From positions 13,020,001 to 13,084,000 of the forward strand of contig OZ038378.1 of assembly GCA_964036045.1 (NCBI GenBank): a stretch of 64,000 nt of DNA. The letters run 5' to 3'. This stretch comes from Eutreptiella sp. 'Long Island Sound 2002' (lineage: Eukaryota; Protista; Euglenida). The translations under genes were made by a program, and so were the position numbers. The notes beneath the pieces are model-generated. The model saw nothing but the letters and a program-made list of their open reading frames with translations. It did no database searches and was not told the origin of the DNA. Of the stretch, positions 35,701 to 46,378 are shown in pieces (position 1 is the stretch's first letter; every line of letters starts with the position of its first letter).

Positions 35701-38700
35701 AGGCCGTATTTACGTGTTTTTCACCCGATATGGGTATTAGGTCGGGGGGGGGGGGGGGGGGGGGGGCTCCCAAGGGACGGGTGCACAACCTGCTTATGCA
35801 GTTTTCACCCCAGGACAGCTCAAAAATCGAAGTTTTCGAAACTTGTTTTTTGATATTGTGACCACCCAAAATGACATTTCAAACTATGCAAAGCATGTTT
35901 TAGGCCGTATTTACGTGTTTTTCACCCTATTTGGGTGTTAAGTCCGGGGGGGGGCTCCCAAGGGACGGGTGCACAACCTGCTTATGCAGTTTTTCACCCC
36001 GGACAGGTCAAAAATCGAAGTTTTCGAAACTTGTTTTTTTTGATATTGTGACCACCCAAAATGACATTTCAAGCTATGCAAAGCATGTTTTAGGCCGTAT
36101 TTACGTGTTTTTCACCCCTATTTGGGTGTTAGGTCGGGGGGGGGGGGTCTCCCAAGGGACGGGTGCACAACCTGCTTATGCAGTTTTCACCCCGGACAGC
36201 TCAAAAATGGAATTTTTTGAAACTTGTTTTTGTGATATTGTGATCACCTAAAATGACCATCCAAGGTATGCAAAGCTGTTTTAGGCCGTATTTACGTGTT
36301 TTTCACCCGATTTGGGTATTAGGTCCAAGGGGGGGGGTCTCCCAAGGGGATTGGTACACAACCTGCTTATGCAGTTTTTCACCACGCTCGCGGTAGATTC
36401 TCTGCGAGGTGGACTTGCCGAAGGCAATAGAATTGCTGTTTGTAGGTGGTTCAATGGCATTTGGTGTGAGCACAAACCGCCTAAGCAGTTTTCAACCCTT
36501 TACAAGTCAAAAATGGAAAATTTTGCAAAACATTTTTTTGATATTGTGACCCTTTACAATGATGAAATATGCTATGTAAAGCATGTTTTAGCCCCCTTTT
36601 ATGTGTTTTTCACCCTATTTGGGGGGGGGGGGGGGGGGCTCCCAAGGGGTCTAGGGCGCAACCTGCTGATGCAGTTTTCCCGCCCCAACAGCTCAAAATG
36701 GAAATCACCTCGAAGAGAGGTTGTTAGATCAAGCGCAGGCGCGGGCGTCATATACCCCCCTTTTTTGGGGGTCATTCGCGTAGCATACCCCAAGGCATGA
36801 TATTGGATGTCCAACCCCTTGTAAAATCATTATTTTGCNNNNNNNNNNNNNNNNNNNNNNNNNNNNNNNNNNNNNNNNNNNNNNNNNNNNNNNNNNNNNN
36901 NNNNNNNNNNNNNNNNNNNNNNNNNNNNNNNNNNNNNNNNNNNNNNNNNNNNNNNNNNNNNNNNNNNNNNNNNNNNNNNNNNNNNNNNNNNNNNNNNNNN
37001 NNNNNNNNNNNNNNNNNNNNNNNNNNNNNNNNNNNNNNTTTTCACCCTATTTGGGTGTCAGGTCGGGGGGGGGGGGGGTCTCCCAAGGGACGGGTGCACA
37101 ACCTGCTTATGCAGTTTTTCACCCCGGACAGCTCAAAAATCGAAGTTTTCGAAACTTGTTTTTTTGATATTGTGACCACCCGAAATGACCATCCAAGCTA
37201 TGGAAAGCATGTTTTAGGCCGTATTTACGTGTTTTTCACCCTATTTGGGTATCAGGTCGAGGGGGGGGGGGTCTCCCAAGGGACGGGTGCACAACCTGCT
37301 TATGCAGTTTTTCACCCCGGACAGCTCAAAAATGGAAGTTTTTGAAACTTGTTTTTGTGATATTGTGATCACCTAAAATGATCATCCAAGGTATGTAAAG
37401 CATGTTTTAGGCCGTATTTACGTGTTTTTCACCCGATTTGGGTATTAGGTCCAAGGGGGGGGGGGGGGTCTCCCAAGGGATTGGTACACAACCTGCTGAT
37501 GCAGTTTGTCACCCTGGGCAGCTCAAAAATCGAAGTTTTCGAAACTTGTTTTTTGATACCGTGATCACCTAAAATGATCATCCAAGGTATGTAAAGCATG
37601 TTTTAGCCGGTATTTATGTAGTTTCCACCCTATTTTGGGTGTGTGTTGCTCGCGGTAGATTCTCTGCGAGGTGGACTTGCCGAAGGCAATAGAATTTCTG
37701 AAACTGATTTTTTTGATACTTTGACCATCCAAAATGATCAAATATCCCATGTGAAGCATGTTTTAGCCCCCTTTTATGTGTTTTTCACACTATTTGGGTG
37801 TTGGGGGTGGGGTGGCTCCCAAGGGGTCTAGGGCGCAACCTGCTTATGCAGTTTTCCCGCCTCAGCAACTCAAAAATGGAAATTTCTGAAACTGATTTTT
37901 TTGATACTTTGACCATCCAAAATGATCAAATATCCCATGTGAAGCATGTTTTAGCCCCTTTTTATGTGTTTTTCACCCTATTTGGGTGTGGGGGGGGGGG
38001 GCTCCCAAGGGGTCTAGGGCGCCACCTGCTTATGCAGTTTTCCCGCCTCAGCAGCTCAAAAATGGAAATTTCTGAAACTGATTTTTTTGATACTTTGACC
38101 ATCCAAAATGATCAAATATCCCATGTGAAGCATGTTTTAGCCCCCTTTTATGTGTTTTTCACACTATTTGGGTGTTGGGGGTGGGGTGGCTCCCAAGGGG
38201 TCTAGGGCGCAACCTGCTTATGCAGTTTTCCCGCCTCAACAGCTCAAAAATGGAAATTTCTGAAACTGATTTTTTTGATACTTTGACCATCCAAAATGAT
38301 CAAATATCCCATGTGAAGCATGTTTTAGCCCCCTTTTATGCGTTTTTCACACTATTTGGGTGTTGGGGGTGGGGTGGCTCCCAAGGGGTCTAGGGCACAA
38401 CTTGCTTATGCAGTTTTCCCGCCTCAGCAGCTCAAGAATGGTTGTCCCTCTCCCCTCATCGAGGTGCCCTGCCGAAGGCAATAGAATTTTTCTGTCAATT
38501 CCAGGAGGCTCTAAGGCAATGTGCCTGTCGTGAAGGGAATGCGAACGAAAACCTCTTTTGGGATTTTGCAAGAATCAATAGTTTTCGATGATCACAGTTT
38601 CCTAGGTACAATATGTTTTTCGCCCTCGAAGTGTGGGCAAAAAACGCAATGGTAACCATGGAACATCATCAATTGACACTGTTCAAATGTTTCTGGTCCT

Positions 38701-41700
38701 TTTGGTGTGTTTTCCGCCTGCTTGGGCACATTAGGGTCAGATTCCAGTGGGGGTTGAGAGGGGGTGTTGGTCAACAATGGATTTTGCGCTTTCCGCCCTC
38801 GGAGGTTTAACTATTTCCACGGATTTCTGTTATTTTGGGTGCTCTTCATTGTGTTGTTGTTGCAGGTGAAAGAGCCCGGGCAGCACAAGAGGTGGAGGAG
38901 ATGGCGAACATTCTTGATGCTGAGAGGAAAAGGTCCATTGTCTAAGTGTTGTGTCAAGAGTGTGTTGATTCCGTTGCCTCCTGGGATGTGCAAAAGAGCC
39001 ATGTACACAGTTACCACTGCCGTGTGTTTTTTCGGTTGGAGGCGTTGCAAGTCCGCGGCATGGATGTGGACGCGTCTGGTCTGATGACAGCGTCATTTTT
39101 GGGCTCTTGGGGCGCCAGCAAGAAGAACATCACCAGCAGTAACCATTTTGACCATTCTTCACCTGTGACTGGGCCATTAGTGGCGTGTGTGATACGTTAT
39201 GATTTGAAGGGGGTTTGTTTGGCACCGCACCCATTTTTGACCCAGTTTGGCTCCAAGCAATGTTTCTCTCTTGTTTGTTTCAATCTCAAGTTTTGTTTAA
39301 GTAGGGGCTTTCGTGATATCGCTCGCGCTCTCCCTCTCTCCCCCCTCTCTGTCTCTCCCTCTCTCTCTTAGGGCCGACGAAGAAGCTGCTGTTGCTGCCA
39401 TTGAGCGTGAAAGGTATATGACACTGGAGGCTTCATTGCAAGCCAAGGGTGATGGCAAGAAGAAGAAGAAGAAGAAGAAGGTGCCATCTGCTCTTCACGA
39501 TGGCATTCATTTGTCAACGCTTTGTTTTCAAACAAAAGCAGGGCACGCCACAGAATTTTGGCCACATGGTTTCACGACAGATGAAGGATTTTTGACATAC
39601 AGGGGGGGGGAATTCCGCGGGGGGATTTTTCCGCGGGGAAAATTCCGTATTTCATTTTGGTGCGGAATGTTCCCCTCACTTTTCGAGGGGAGGTGCGGAA
39701 TTTTCCCGTGCGGAATTTTGTCCATGTAAGCCACCGTACCACCGTATGCCTTGTGCTTCGCCGCGCGCTCCCAGTTGTTTTGTTCCCGCTCTTCTGCAGT
39801 TGTTGTCAACCAACAGGGAAGGGGGGGCAGGAAGTCGAATAATTTGTGAATGGCGGGCCACGCCATCTACAGAGGTGATCTCAGGCACAATGGTCATTGC
39901 CTTCTCCCAGGATCTTCTGGGATCGCAATCCCAGGATCCCTTTTGCTTCCAATGCACTGAAGATTTGGGAGGTGCGGAATTTTCCCCTTGACTTTTTTTG
40001 GGACAGGTGCGGAATTTTCCCCATGCGGAATTTTCCCCTGCGGAAAAAATCCCCGTACAGAATTCCCCCCCCCCCTGTATAGTGTTGCATAGTGTTGCGC
40101 AATTGGTTTTCTGATCATCGAATTTTGTTAATGCACGCAACATGTTTGTGGTTTCGTACAATTATCTCTGCCGATATTTCAATACCGGGAGAGATAAAAC
40201 TGTGGATGCAGAAAGCAATCAAAGGGGGGATGCAGCCAACTAGGGGGGGGTGGTCGTGCCGGGTCAATTTAGTTTAAATCGCCTTGAAGAGAGGTTGTTC
40301 GATCAAGCGTAGGCGCGGGCGTCGTATCCCCCCCCTTTTTTTGGGGTCGTTCGCGTAGCATACCCCAACGTATGAGGGCCACACCACTTGCGGCGCGTGT
40401 TAGGAGGAGGACAAGACAGGCAATTCATTGTTATTGTATTCCCTACTTTTTCACAGTCCACCCCTCTACACTCAATACGTCCCTTTGGGACTCTTTTTCT
40501 TTTTTGAGTCCCCCCCCCCCCCCCCCCGCCGCTTACCCGTGTGTGTTGGGGCTCGGGTCATGGGGAATGCCGGTGTATGTAGCCATTCTGCCCACGGTCG
40601 GGGATAGGGACTGGCCTGTGTTGTCTGCTATACAATGAAGAAGTAAAGCTCTCTACACAATGAAGAAGTAAAGATCCTGCATTCGGCTCTTCCCTGGAGC
40701 GTGGATGGGAGGAACCCACCCTTGCTCACGTGCCATAAAGCGTCCACCTAGCGCAGTGCCCAAACCCAAACCCGTGTGTGCCCAAACCTAAACCAATACC
40801 AATGCACTCGCCGCAGAGCGATGGGAGTAGGCAACGGGGAAAGCATTCGCCGCAGAGCGACGGGAGTAGGCACTGTCTGGGTGGCATGGTCATTAAGAAT
40901 TACCCGCGATTCCCTACCACGCTTTGCACATTGAGCCAGGGTCATAGTCTCTTCATTGTAGAGAGCGATGGTGTCAACAGATCAATTTGCTCCCCCAACC
41001 CCCTCCCACTCACTGGGTTTTGTATAGGCAGGTACTCCAAATGGTCATGGAATCGTGTTTTTCCCTTCTTGTTGCAAGTTTCACTATTTTCTGGGCTTAA
41101 GAGGATTATTCCTACCCTGTGGTGCGCATGTGTTGTCCTCTATGGTTTTTGACGTCTAACCCCTTGTAAAATCATCATTTTAGGACCAAAAATGATCCCC
41201 CAATGATTTTTTGGAATTTAAGCCCCGCAGCCCCCCCCCCCCCCCCCCCCGTGCAAGAGTGCTTTGAGCGCCAGATTGGGCAAGACGAGTCGCCATACAA
41301 ATGTTGTTTGTTGCTCTTTGAAGATCCCGCCGTCGAGCTTAGCCCCGGCTCGATGTGGCGGTGCTCCAGGAGCGAACGTTGGTGGTTGTTGGCTACTTAG
41401 TACGTTCACTATCATTATGCTCCTCGATTGTTGGGGCTAAGGACACCCGGCCCCTTGAGTTGGGGTTAAGGACTCCCACAGCCGATTTCTACTTGGGGAT
41501 ATGCACTGGCCCCTTTCCAGTTGGTCTACAAGATGTGGTTGTTGATTGACCAATTGGGTCAATACCGGCGGGTTGGCGGCACGGGGGGGGGGGGCGACTC
41601 CGCGGGTCCTGGGGACGCCAACTACCCCTGCCCCCCCCCCCCCCCCCCTAGGGGCCTTCGGCCAACAGTTAGTTGCCAAAGGTGTCGCCCTCAGGCGTCC

Positions 41701-42885
41701 ATGGGCGCCGAAGGCGCCCGATGCTACATGAACACCAAAGGTGCCCTAAGGAAAATTTTGTCCAATTTGCACCCCAACACTATCCTTAAACCCAACGTTG
41801 ACAACACCCACCTCCAACCCTCAGCCTACTCCTATCCCTACACCTAACCCTAACCCTAATCAAGACTGAATATTGGGACCGAGCTGGTGGGGGAGGGAAC
41901 ATCAGCTATGACTAGTGAGGGACATCAAGAATGATTCACACATTGATGGCTCTTGACAATCAGCTTGCAAGTGAACCCCATCACCACGAGGCCCACTTTC
42001 AAGGCTTTTTGGACTTCTAAGGGGCCAAAATGCCCCAAAATGGGCTCAACATGGGCTCATTTCACCCGTTTGTGCACCCCAAATGGTCTGGGATGAGGTT
42101 TGGAAAAATGCGTTTTTGACCCATTTTTGGTCCCAATACAGCCCATTTTCAAGGCATTTTAGGATTTTCGGAGGTCCAAAATGGGCCACCACAAGCTCAA
42201 AACGGTCCAAAAACACTTGTTTTCGCGTCGCACATGGTCTAGGATCATTTTTGAGAAAAGTCATCTTTTTGCCCCTACTGGACCCTGTTGATCCATTTGG
42301 GCACCCACTTGTTTGGGCTTGAGGTTGCAGCTTGCCGCAGCCTAGTGGGCCTAGGTATTGGGGTCTAGGCGTCCGCTTGGGCAGTTCTGAGGGGTGGAAA
42401 CCATAAAAAGTGGGGGGTTGCGGGTGGAGTAGCTGCCCTCGGAATCGCCTTTTGAGTCATGTAGCCAAAGATATGGCCTATTCTTGGTTTGTGCCTGTTG
42501 GCAGGCAATCTACACAAAATTTGGAGCTTCTGGGGGCATTTTTGGGCCGTTTCCGGGACATATAAAAGACTTAGAGGGCGACAAAGGGCTCGTTGACACG
42601 GGGAAGTCAAGCCGCACGTGGAGTGTACCCACTGTTTCCCTTCGTTTGGACGTTTTGAATGGGTTCTAGGGCTTTTTTGGCACAAAAATGGCTGTTTTGG
42701 CCCTAAACTGCAGTATTTGAAACTGAGGTCTGCCACTTGCGAATCCTGTTCCCGGCCGCCACCGTTGAGTTTCTTGCTGAAACTTTGTGTGATTGTACTT
42801 CACACCCATAGGTATCATCCACCAAAATTTCACCAGAAACTGAAGCACCACGACGGAGTTCTGATTTTTACCCATTTCGCGCGTG

Positions 42886-42925
<40 letters not shown>

Positions 42926-44961
42926 GCTGCTGCTAAACCTGGTAGGTCCACCCTAGACACTAAAAAGGGTTATAAAACCAAGACTGGTTCCACCAGCTCG
43001 GTGACCCTAGCCCTAACCCTAGCCCTGGCTCTCACCCTAGGCTAGGGTCAGAGTGAGTGTTGGGGTCCAAAATGGAGAGCAATGATGTAGCAAAAGCAGC
43101 CATGAACGAAATTTGGGGGATCTTGTTCAGCCCAATCAACATGGCTGGCATGGCCAAACCAACTGGCTGCAAAGGTTAGGGTTAGGTTTATGGTGATGGT
43201 ATGGTTAGAGGGAGGGCAAGAGGAGGTAAGGGGAGCCTGTGCCCCCCCACCCCCCCAACATCCCAAATCGCCCAACCTGGACCCCCCCCCCCCCCACCAC
43301 CACCCCTAATTACCCCACTTGGACCCCCCCCCCCAACCGACCCTCCCGGAGCCCCCCCCCCAGCCCCTCCTAGACCCCCCCCCATTCGCCCTCCCTGAAC
43401 CCCCCCCCTCAGATCCCCCCCCCCCCCCCCCAAGGGGCCTCCGGCCAACAGTTAGTTGGGGGGGTAGTTGGCGTCCAGAACCGAGGGGTCGCCCCCCCGT
43501 GGTTGGCGGGCTTGCATGCGGCGTGCAAAGCGACACGCGGATCTTGAAAGAACTTAGGCCCCTCTTCAAAGACCTTAAACTGGGGGTGGTGATCCTGCTT
43601 GATGGCGGTTTCCTCGCATGAAGAAGCATGGTGGTATACCATCTCCGAAGAATGGGGATCACCCAAGACGGCAAGCCAAGTACAATAATGGACACTTCTT
43701 CATTTGGGGCTGTGGGGAGCATCCGTTTGCCCAATTGTATGGGCTGTGTGCCATGAGCCGTGTTGTTGGGGATGAAATGGGAAGAGTGTATCTTGCGACT
43801 CCATTGGATGGCCCATGCTGTGATTCACATCCAATAGTTCGCACTGGGGTTCCGCTGCTTATGACCGAGGGGTTAGCATCCCTCCTCCTTAACCATAGTA
43901 GAAGGGTGGGATTCCCTACCACGCTTTGAACATTGAGCCGCGGCCGTGGTCTCTCCTTTGTAGAAAGCCATGGCGTGAACAGATTGCCGTGCACAGAATT
44001 TTTTGTTCCGGTGTATATTTCTTGGACAATGTACACTAATTACCCTTACCCTGCTGTGCACCCGCGGCGTGTGGTAAGCTCTCCCAATGATGGCCGTTTC
44101 ACGTGGTGTCACTGTGTTGCCACCAAAAAAAGCCAAACTGTGTGTTTTTGCCTGTCTGTCTGCCTGTCTGCTTGCCCGGTTTGCCCGACCGACTTGCCTG
44201 ACTGACTGACTGACTGACTGACTGACTGTTTGGCTGACTGTCGGCCTTGTCGGCCTGACTGATTGACTCTAGTCTCTCCTTGATGTGCTTTGCCAAAGGC
44301 AAAAGAATTTGCTCCATTTTTGTCGTGCCAATTTTTCCATTCCAAATTTCACCTGTTCCTAATCCCCTGACCAGGGAATTGTTTGCAGGGCCCGCCTCTT
44401 TTTAGTTCACTTTCATAAGTAATGCAAGCATTGAACATCAAAATAATGCCAAGGAAGCTGGGGCTCTGCACTGAAAAACACAGGTAATGATTTGCCATAC
44501 ACATATCATGTGCAAGACACCCACCCACCCTAACAGCCTGCGTGTGGGGGGGGGGGGTTACTTGAAATCCACCAAAAACCTCTGGGACCTGTAGAGATCT
44601 TGTACCACCACCCACCGGAGTCCTCAGTATCTGCCGCTAGTGTGCAGGAAATTTCACGGAAGCCCCTGGATTTCGTTCGGTAAATTATGCGGCCATTTTG
44701 AAACGCAAAAGTTCCCACATGGAATTTACTGCCCCTCTCCCTGTTGACTGGCATACAAATAGTTGATATTGTTCAAATACGGTCAAGGATTGGATTCCAA
44801 AACAGCATCGTTGTGTCTGCTGCATCATTTTGTCTCATCTGTTTTTCCTGCTGCAGGGCAAAAAGTCGAAGAAGAAGTCGAAGAAGAAGGCCAAGGGTAA
44901 GGCTAAACCTGGTGTGATCAGTGGACTCCGCTCAAAGCCCAAGCCCAAGGCCAAGCGATAG
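17728..44961 (+). CDS. Multi-exon gene for an articulin/epiplasmin-like cytoskeletal protein with xDGT repeats, coiled coil and Lys-rich C-terminus (overall span)
   Basis: Exons 17728-17755, 17880-18321, 19615-19645, (19724-19746 tentative), 20123-20195 or 20218, 20511 or 20504-20611, 21256-21349, 27923-28156, 29847-30047, 30210-30321, 38866-38932, 39372-39480, 44857-44961. Junctions from 20611 onward are all GT-AG and phase-compatible, ending in TAG at 44959-44961. Confidence 0.8.
17880..18321 (+). CDS. Exon encoding V/P/E/R-rich articulin/epiplasmin-like repeats
   Basis: EPVTRSYVRNEPIIRSYVRDEP...PVVVREPVSPVVVRE...PVRVVEPLRVVERVVEP...PIRVVDQP; acceptor CTCAG, donor AG|GTGTGC. Confidence 0.85.
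19615..19746 (+). CDS. Two tentative micro-exons (19615-19645, 19724-19746)
   Basis: CTGCAG|T...GTG|GTGAGT and TGCAG|TAC...AG|GTCCAA give the only phase-compatible canonical path found between 18321 and 20123. Not supported by protein similarity. Confidence 0.35.
20123..20218 (+). CDS. Exon with xDG repeats (LEASESGIIRLPDGRIKYADGTIK)
   Basis: Acceptor TTAG|T at 20122/20123. The 3' end is either a GC donor after 20195 (to 20511) or a GTATGT donor after 20218 (to 20504); both keep frame. Confidence 0.7.
20504..20611 (+). CDS. Exon with xDGT repeats (GSIVTLADGTVLHPDGTMEYPDGTVRKPNNMTY)
   Basis: Repeats continue those of the previous exon; acceptor TTTTCAG (20503) or TTGCAG (20510); donor AG|GTTTGT. 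Confidence 0.8.
21256..21349 (+). CDS. Exon, start of coiled coil (SGPTPLESINAMKESNDSALAKVTEQLENLQ)
   Basis: TGCAG|T phase 2 acceptor matches the upstream phase 2 donor; donor CAG|GTTTGT. Confidence 0.82.
21961..23865 (+). ncRNA. Tandem array of 18 box C/D snoRNA-like genes (U80/snR60-like D-box guide), 107-108 bp period, intronic and sense to the host gene
   Basis: Each unit is ATGATGA (C) - (A/G)TTCATTGTG - CTGA (D') - CAAC - TGATGT (C') - CTCTT(A)ATCTCCTTTTCACCCCTAT - CTGA (D), about 60 nt from C to D. C boxes were counted at 21975, 22083, 22191, 22299, 22406, 22514, 22621, 22728, 22836, 22943, 23051, 23159, 23266, 23374, 23481, 23589, 23696 and 23804. The D guide is complementary to AUAGGGGUGAAA(A/G)G, resembling the conserved LSU rRNA AUAGGGGCGAAAG segment (recalled, not looked up). 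Confidence 0.82.
24450..26710 (-). repeat. ~180-bp satellite copies plus ~350-bp flank, reverse orientation, interrupted by inserts (~24700-25440, ~25660-25860)
   Basis: Recurring GGTGAAAAACACGTGAATACGGCCTAAAACATGCTTTACATACCTTGGATGGTCATTTTAGGTGATCA unit; the reverse complement of the 34.6-38.4 kb array. Confidence 0.85.
27338..27451. repeat. CCAACCGCCA-type short tandem repeat
   Basis: Direct reading; flanked by a duplicated TTTTTT...GTTAAGGACCGCCC. Confidence 0.8.
27923..28156 (+). CDS. Coiled-coil exon (VEMHKEKEISASMVQQMKAEK...ERLQQEIDQLRES)
   Basis: CTGCAG|GTT acceptor, TCG|GTCTGC donor, 78 codons, E/K/Q/L heptad composition. Confidence 0.85.
29847..30047 (+). CDS. Coiled-coil exon (AAQHPAQMREMLMAKEEELR...EAVLRKEQ)
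   Basis: TTCAG|GCA acceptor, CAG|GTGCAC donor, 67 codons, phase 0/0. Confidence 0.85.
30210..30321 (+). CDS. Coiled-coil exon (LMAQQKEQEIANLLARETAEKEQIRVEASRQLEAEVA)
   Basis: CACCAG|CTC acceptor, G|GTGTGC donor, phase 0/1. Confidence 0.85.
31035..33350. mobile_element. Foldback-like element: ~280-bp GC-rich GGCCGGCC-based inverted arms enclosing a minisatellite
   Basis: Left arm starts ACGGAATGAACCGGCGGT; right arm ends ACCGCCGTTTCATTCCGAT (reverse complement). Inner ends also mirror (TTCCGA..CCCCCCACC / GGGGTGGGG..TCGGAA). Confidence 0.65.
31455..33010. repeat. Minisatellite, 14 units with ~99-100 and ~132-137 bp variants
   Basis: GGAGTCATGT anchors at about 31534, 31634, 31733, 31866, 31966, 32099, 32198, 32330, 32430, 32529, 32662, 32761, 32898 and 32997. 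Long units carry an extra AGGCGGTGCCTACACAAGGCGGTGCACAAAA module. Confidence 0.9.
33355..33515 (+). repeat. Dispersed ~160-bp repeat family; other copies at ~8140-8310 (reverse), ~33965-34145, ~36700-36838, and split 40270-40375 / 41145-41215
   Basis: Shared AAATCACCTCGAAGAG..GTT(G)TTAGATCAAGCGCAGG...GGGTCATTCGCGTA...CCAACCCCTTGTAAAATCATCATTTT. Confidence 0.8.
34200..38430 (+). repeat. ~180-190-bp satellite array with variable poly-G tract, plus flank; a variant ~187-bp subfamily at ~37690-38430; spans the assembly gap
   Basis: Recurring CACAACCTGCTTATGCAG...CAGCTCAAAAAT(C/G)GAAG...AAAGCATGTTTTAGGCCGTATTTACGTGTTTTTCACCC...GGGG unit. Confidence 0.9.
36839..37038. other. Assembly gap (200 N)
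   Basis: Run of N inside the satellite array. Confidence 1.
38866..38932 (+). CDS. Coiled-coil exon (GERARAAQEVEEMANILDAERKR), missed by the ORF track
   Basis: TTGCAG|GT phase 1 acceptor and AG|GTCCAT phase 2 donor exactly bridge the phases of the flanking exons. Confidence 0.82.
39372..39480 (+). CDS. Exon (ADEEAAVAAIERERYMTLEASLQAKGDGKKKKKKKK)
   Basis: Pyrimidine tract + CTTAG|G phase 2 acceptor; AAG|GTGCCA donor. Confidence 0.85.
44195..44228. repeat. (GACT)n microsatellite
   Basis: Direct reading. Confidence 0.9.
44857..44961 (+). CDS. Terminal Lys-rich exon (GKKSKKKSKKKAKGKAKPGVISGLRSKPKPKAKR*)
   Basis: CTGCAG|GGC phase 0 acceptor; continues the poly-Lys of the previous exon; TAG at 44959-44961. 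Confidence 0.82.
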   Translation, partial: GKKSKKKSKKKAKGKAKPGVISGLRSKPKPKAKR

Positions 44962-45999
44962 GCAAGCGGTGTGTAAATGGTTGCTCATTGGCATTCCATG
45001 TTGGCAGGAGGAAGCCTGATCATCAGGCACCAACGGTTGAAACATGCCGCAGCACACCGCAGCATGCCGCAGCACACTGAAAATTCGGATCAGACCAAAA
45101 TATTGATACCATCTTCAAGCACCTGTGCAGTAGAGAATGATGGTACTCTGGTGGATAGATGCAGTGGCTGTGGTACACAGGTCCCGGAGCTGTCAACACG
45201 ATGTCCTACAGGTGGAGACAGCAAAGGTCCAGGCTGACCTATCCCCCCCCCCCCCTCCTTTTTCCTTTCTTGTGGTGTTGTGCTTTGACAGGCCCTTGTT
45301 ATCTTCACTTTGTCTTCTGATGTCCACTGTTGAACCCACTGCCGAGGGGACAACACAACCCAAGAGGAACAGGGAGACAACCAGGAGTACCACAAACTGT
45401 TTGCAGTGCGCAATTGGAGAAGGCATTGGGCAGTACCTATGTTGTACAGACACCCAGGGTTTGTGTTTGGTGTAGCGGTTTGCCACCTTTGAAGCTTTTT
45501 GGAAAATTAGGTTACCCCCACCAACGGCTTGAAGCATGCCGCAGCATGCCACGGCACAGCAAAATTTTCTGGGGTTTTCTGCATCGGTTGTGGTGAGGAG
45601 CTCCCTCCAAATTTCGCTGTCCTGGAAAAGCTTTCGTGTGGAGCATCTGACGCCAGCATCGGAGGGACGCCAAGGGGCAGAAGCAGCACTTGTGAGTAGA
45701 GGGGCACCCTCACCTCAAACATTTTTAACAGTTTATTTCTGAAAACTGCAACCTGGCTTTTTTCTTTTGCTCTCCCCCCCCCCACCGCATCCCCCCGCAC
45801 ACACCATTTCACACATACCAGAAGAGGCTTTAATTAGAGCCTGAAAAAGTTGATATGGACAAATTTTGAAGCCCTCCCTCGTACCAAATATTTCCTTCAA
45901 ATTTAGGGATTCTTTGTGCCATATTGTTTCAGGGGGTGCCATAAGGAGGCTCACCTTTTTTTTTTACTATGCCATCCACTCTTTGATGTTCAAATTCAG

Positions 46000-46078
46000 G
46001 CAGATCCTGGTATAGATTAGTTGGTAGTTGTACTAGCTTCTAATCCCAAGGGTCCTGGGTTCAGACCCTGGTGTCTGC
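46000..46078 (+). pseudogene. Degenerate tRNA-like sequence (possible Arg-TCT origin)
   Basis: TAGATTAGTTGG A-box-like, CT-TCT-AA loop (46037-46043), GGTTCAGACCC B-box-like; stems are poorly paired. Confidence 0.4.
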
Positions 46079-46210
46079 AATTGTTTTAGCTTCGCTTTTT
46101 TGGTCTGTTTTATGTCTGCATGTTTGCATGTGCATGCACCCCCAGGACATGGATGCTACGGTCAGTCACAGGCACACATACCCCTTAAACCCCCCCCCCC
46201 CCCCGCCATC

Positions 46211-46378
46211 CACACAGGAAACACCAGGAACTATCCAGAGCCCACCAGGAAATAACAGCAACCATCCAAAGCCCGCCAGGAAATAACAGCAACCATCCAG
46301 AGCCCACCAGGAAACAGCAGGAACCATCCAGAGCCCACCAGGAAATAGCAGCAACCATGCAGAGCCCACCAGGAAACC
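46211..46378. repeat. ~32-bp minisatellite, about 5 units (CCAGGAAATAACAGCAACCATCCAGAGCCCA)
   Basis: Direct reading. It lies between short inverted repeats at ~45818-45840 / ~46753-46777. Confidence 0.8.

Noticed and set aside
36797-37345. ORFs spanning 36839-37038
   Set aside because: Artefacts of translating through the N gap.
41842-43190. TTAGGG/CCCTAA runs as telomere or chromosome-healing site
   Set aside because: Only 2-3 imperfect units at ~41845, ~43005 and ~43172, embedded in dispersed repeats.
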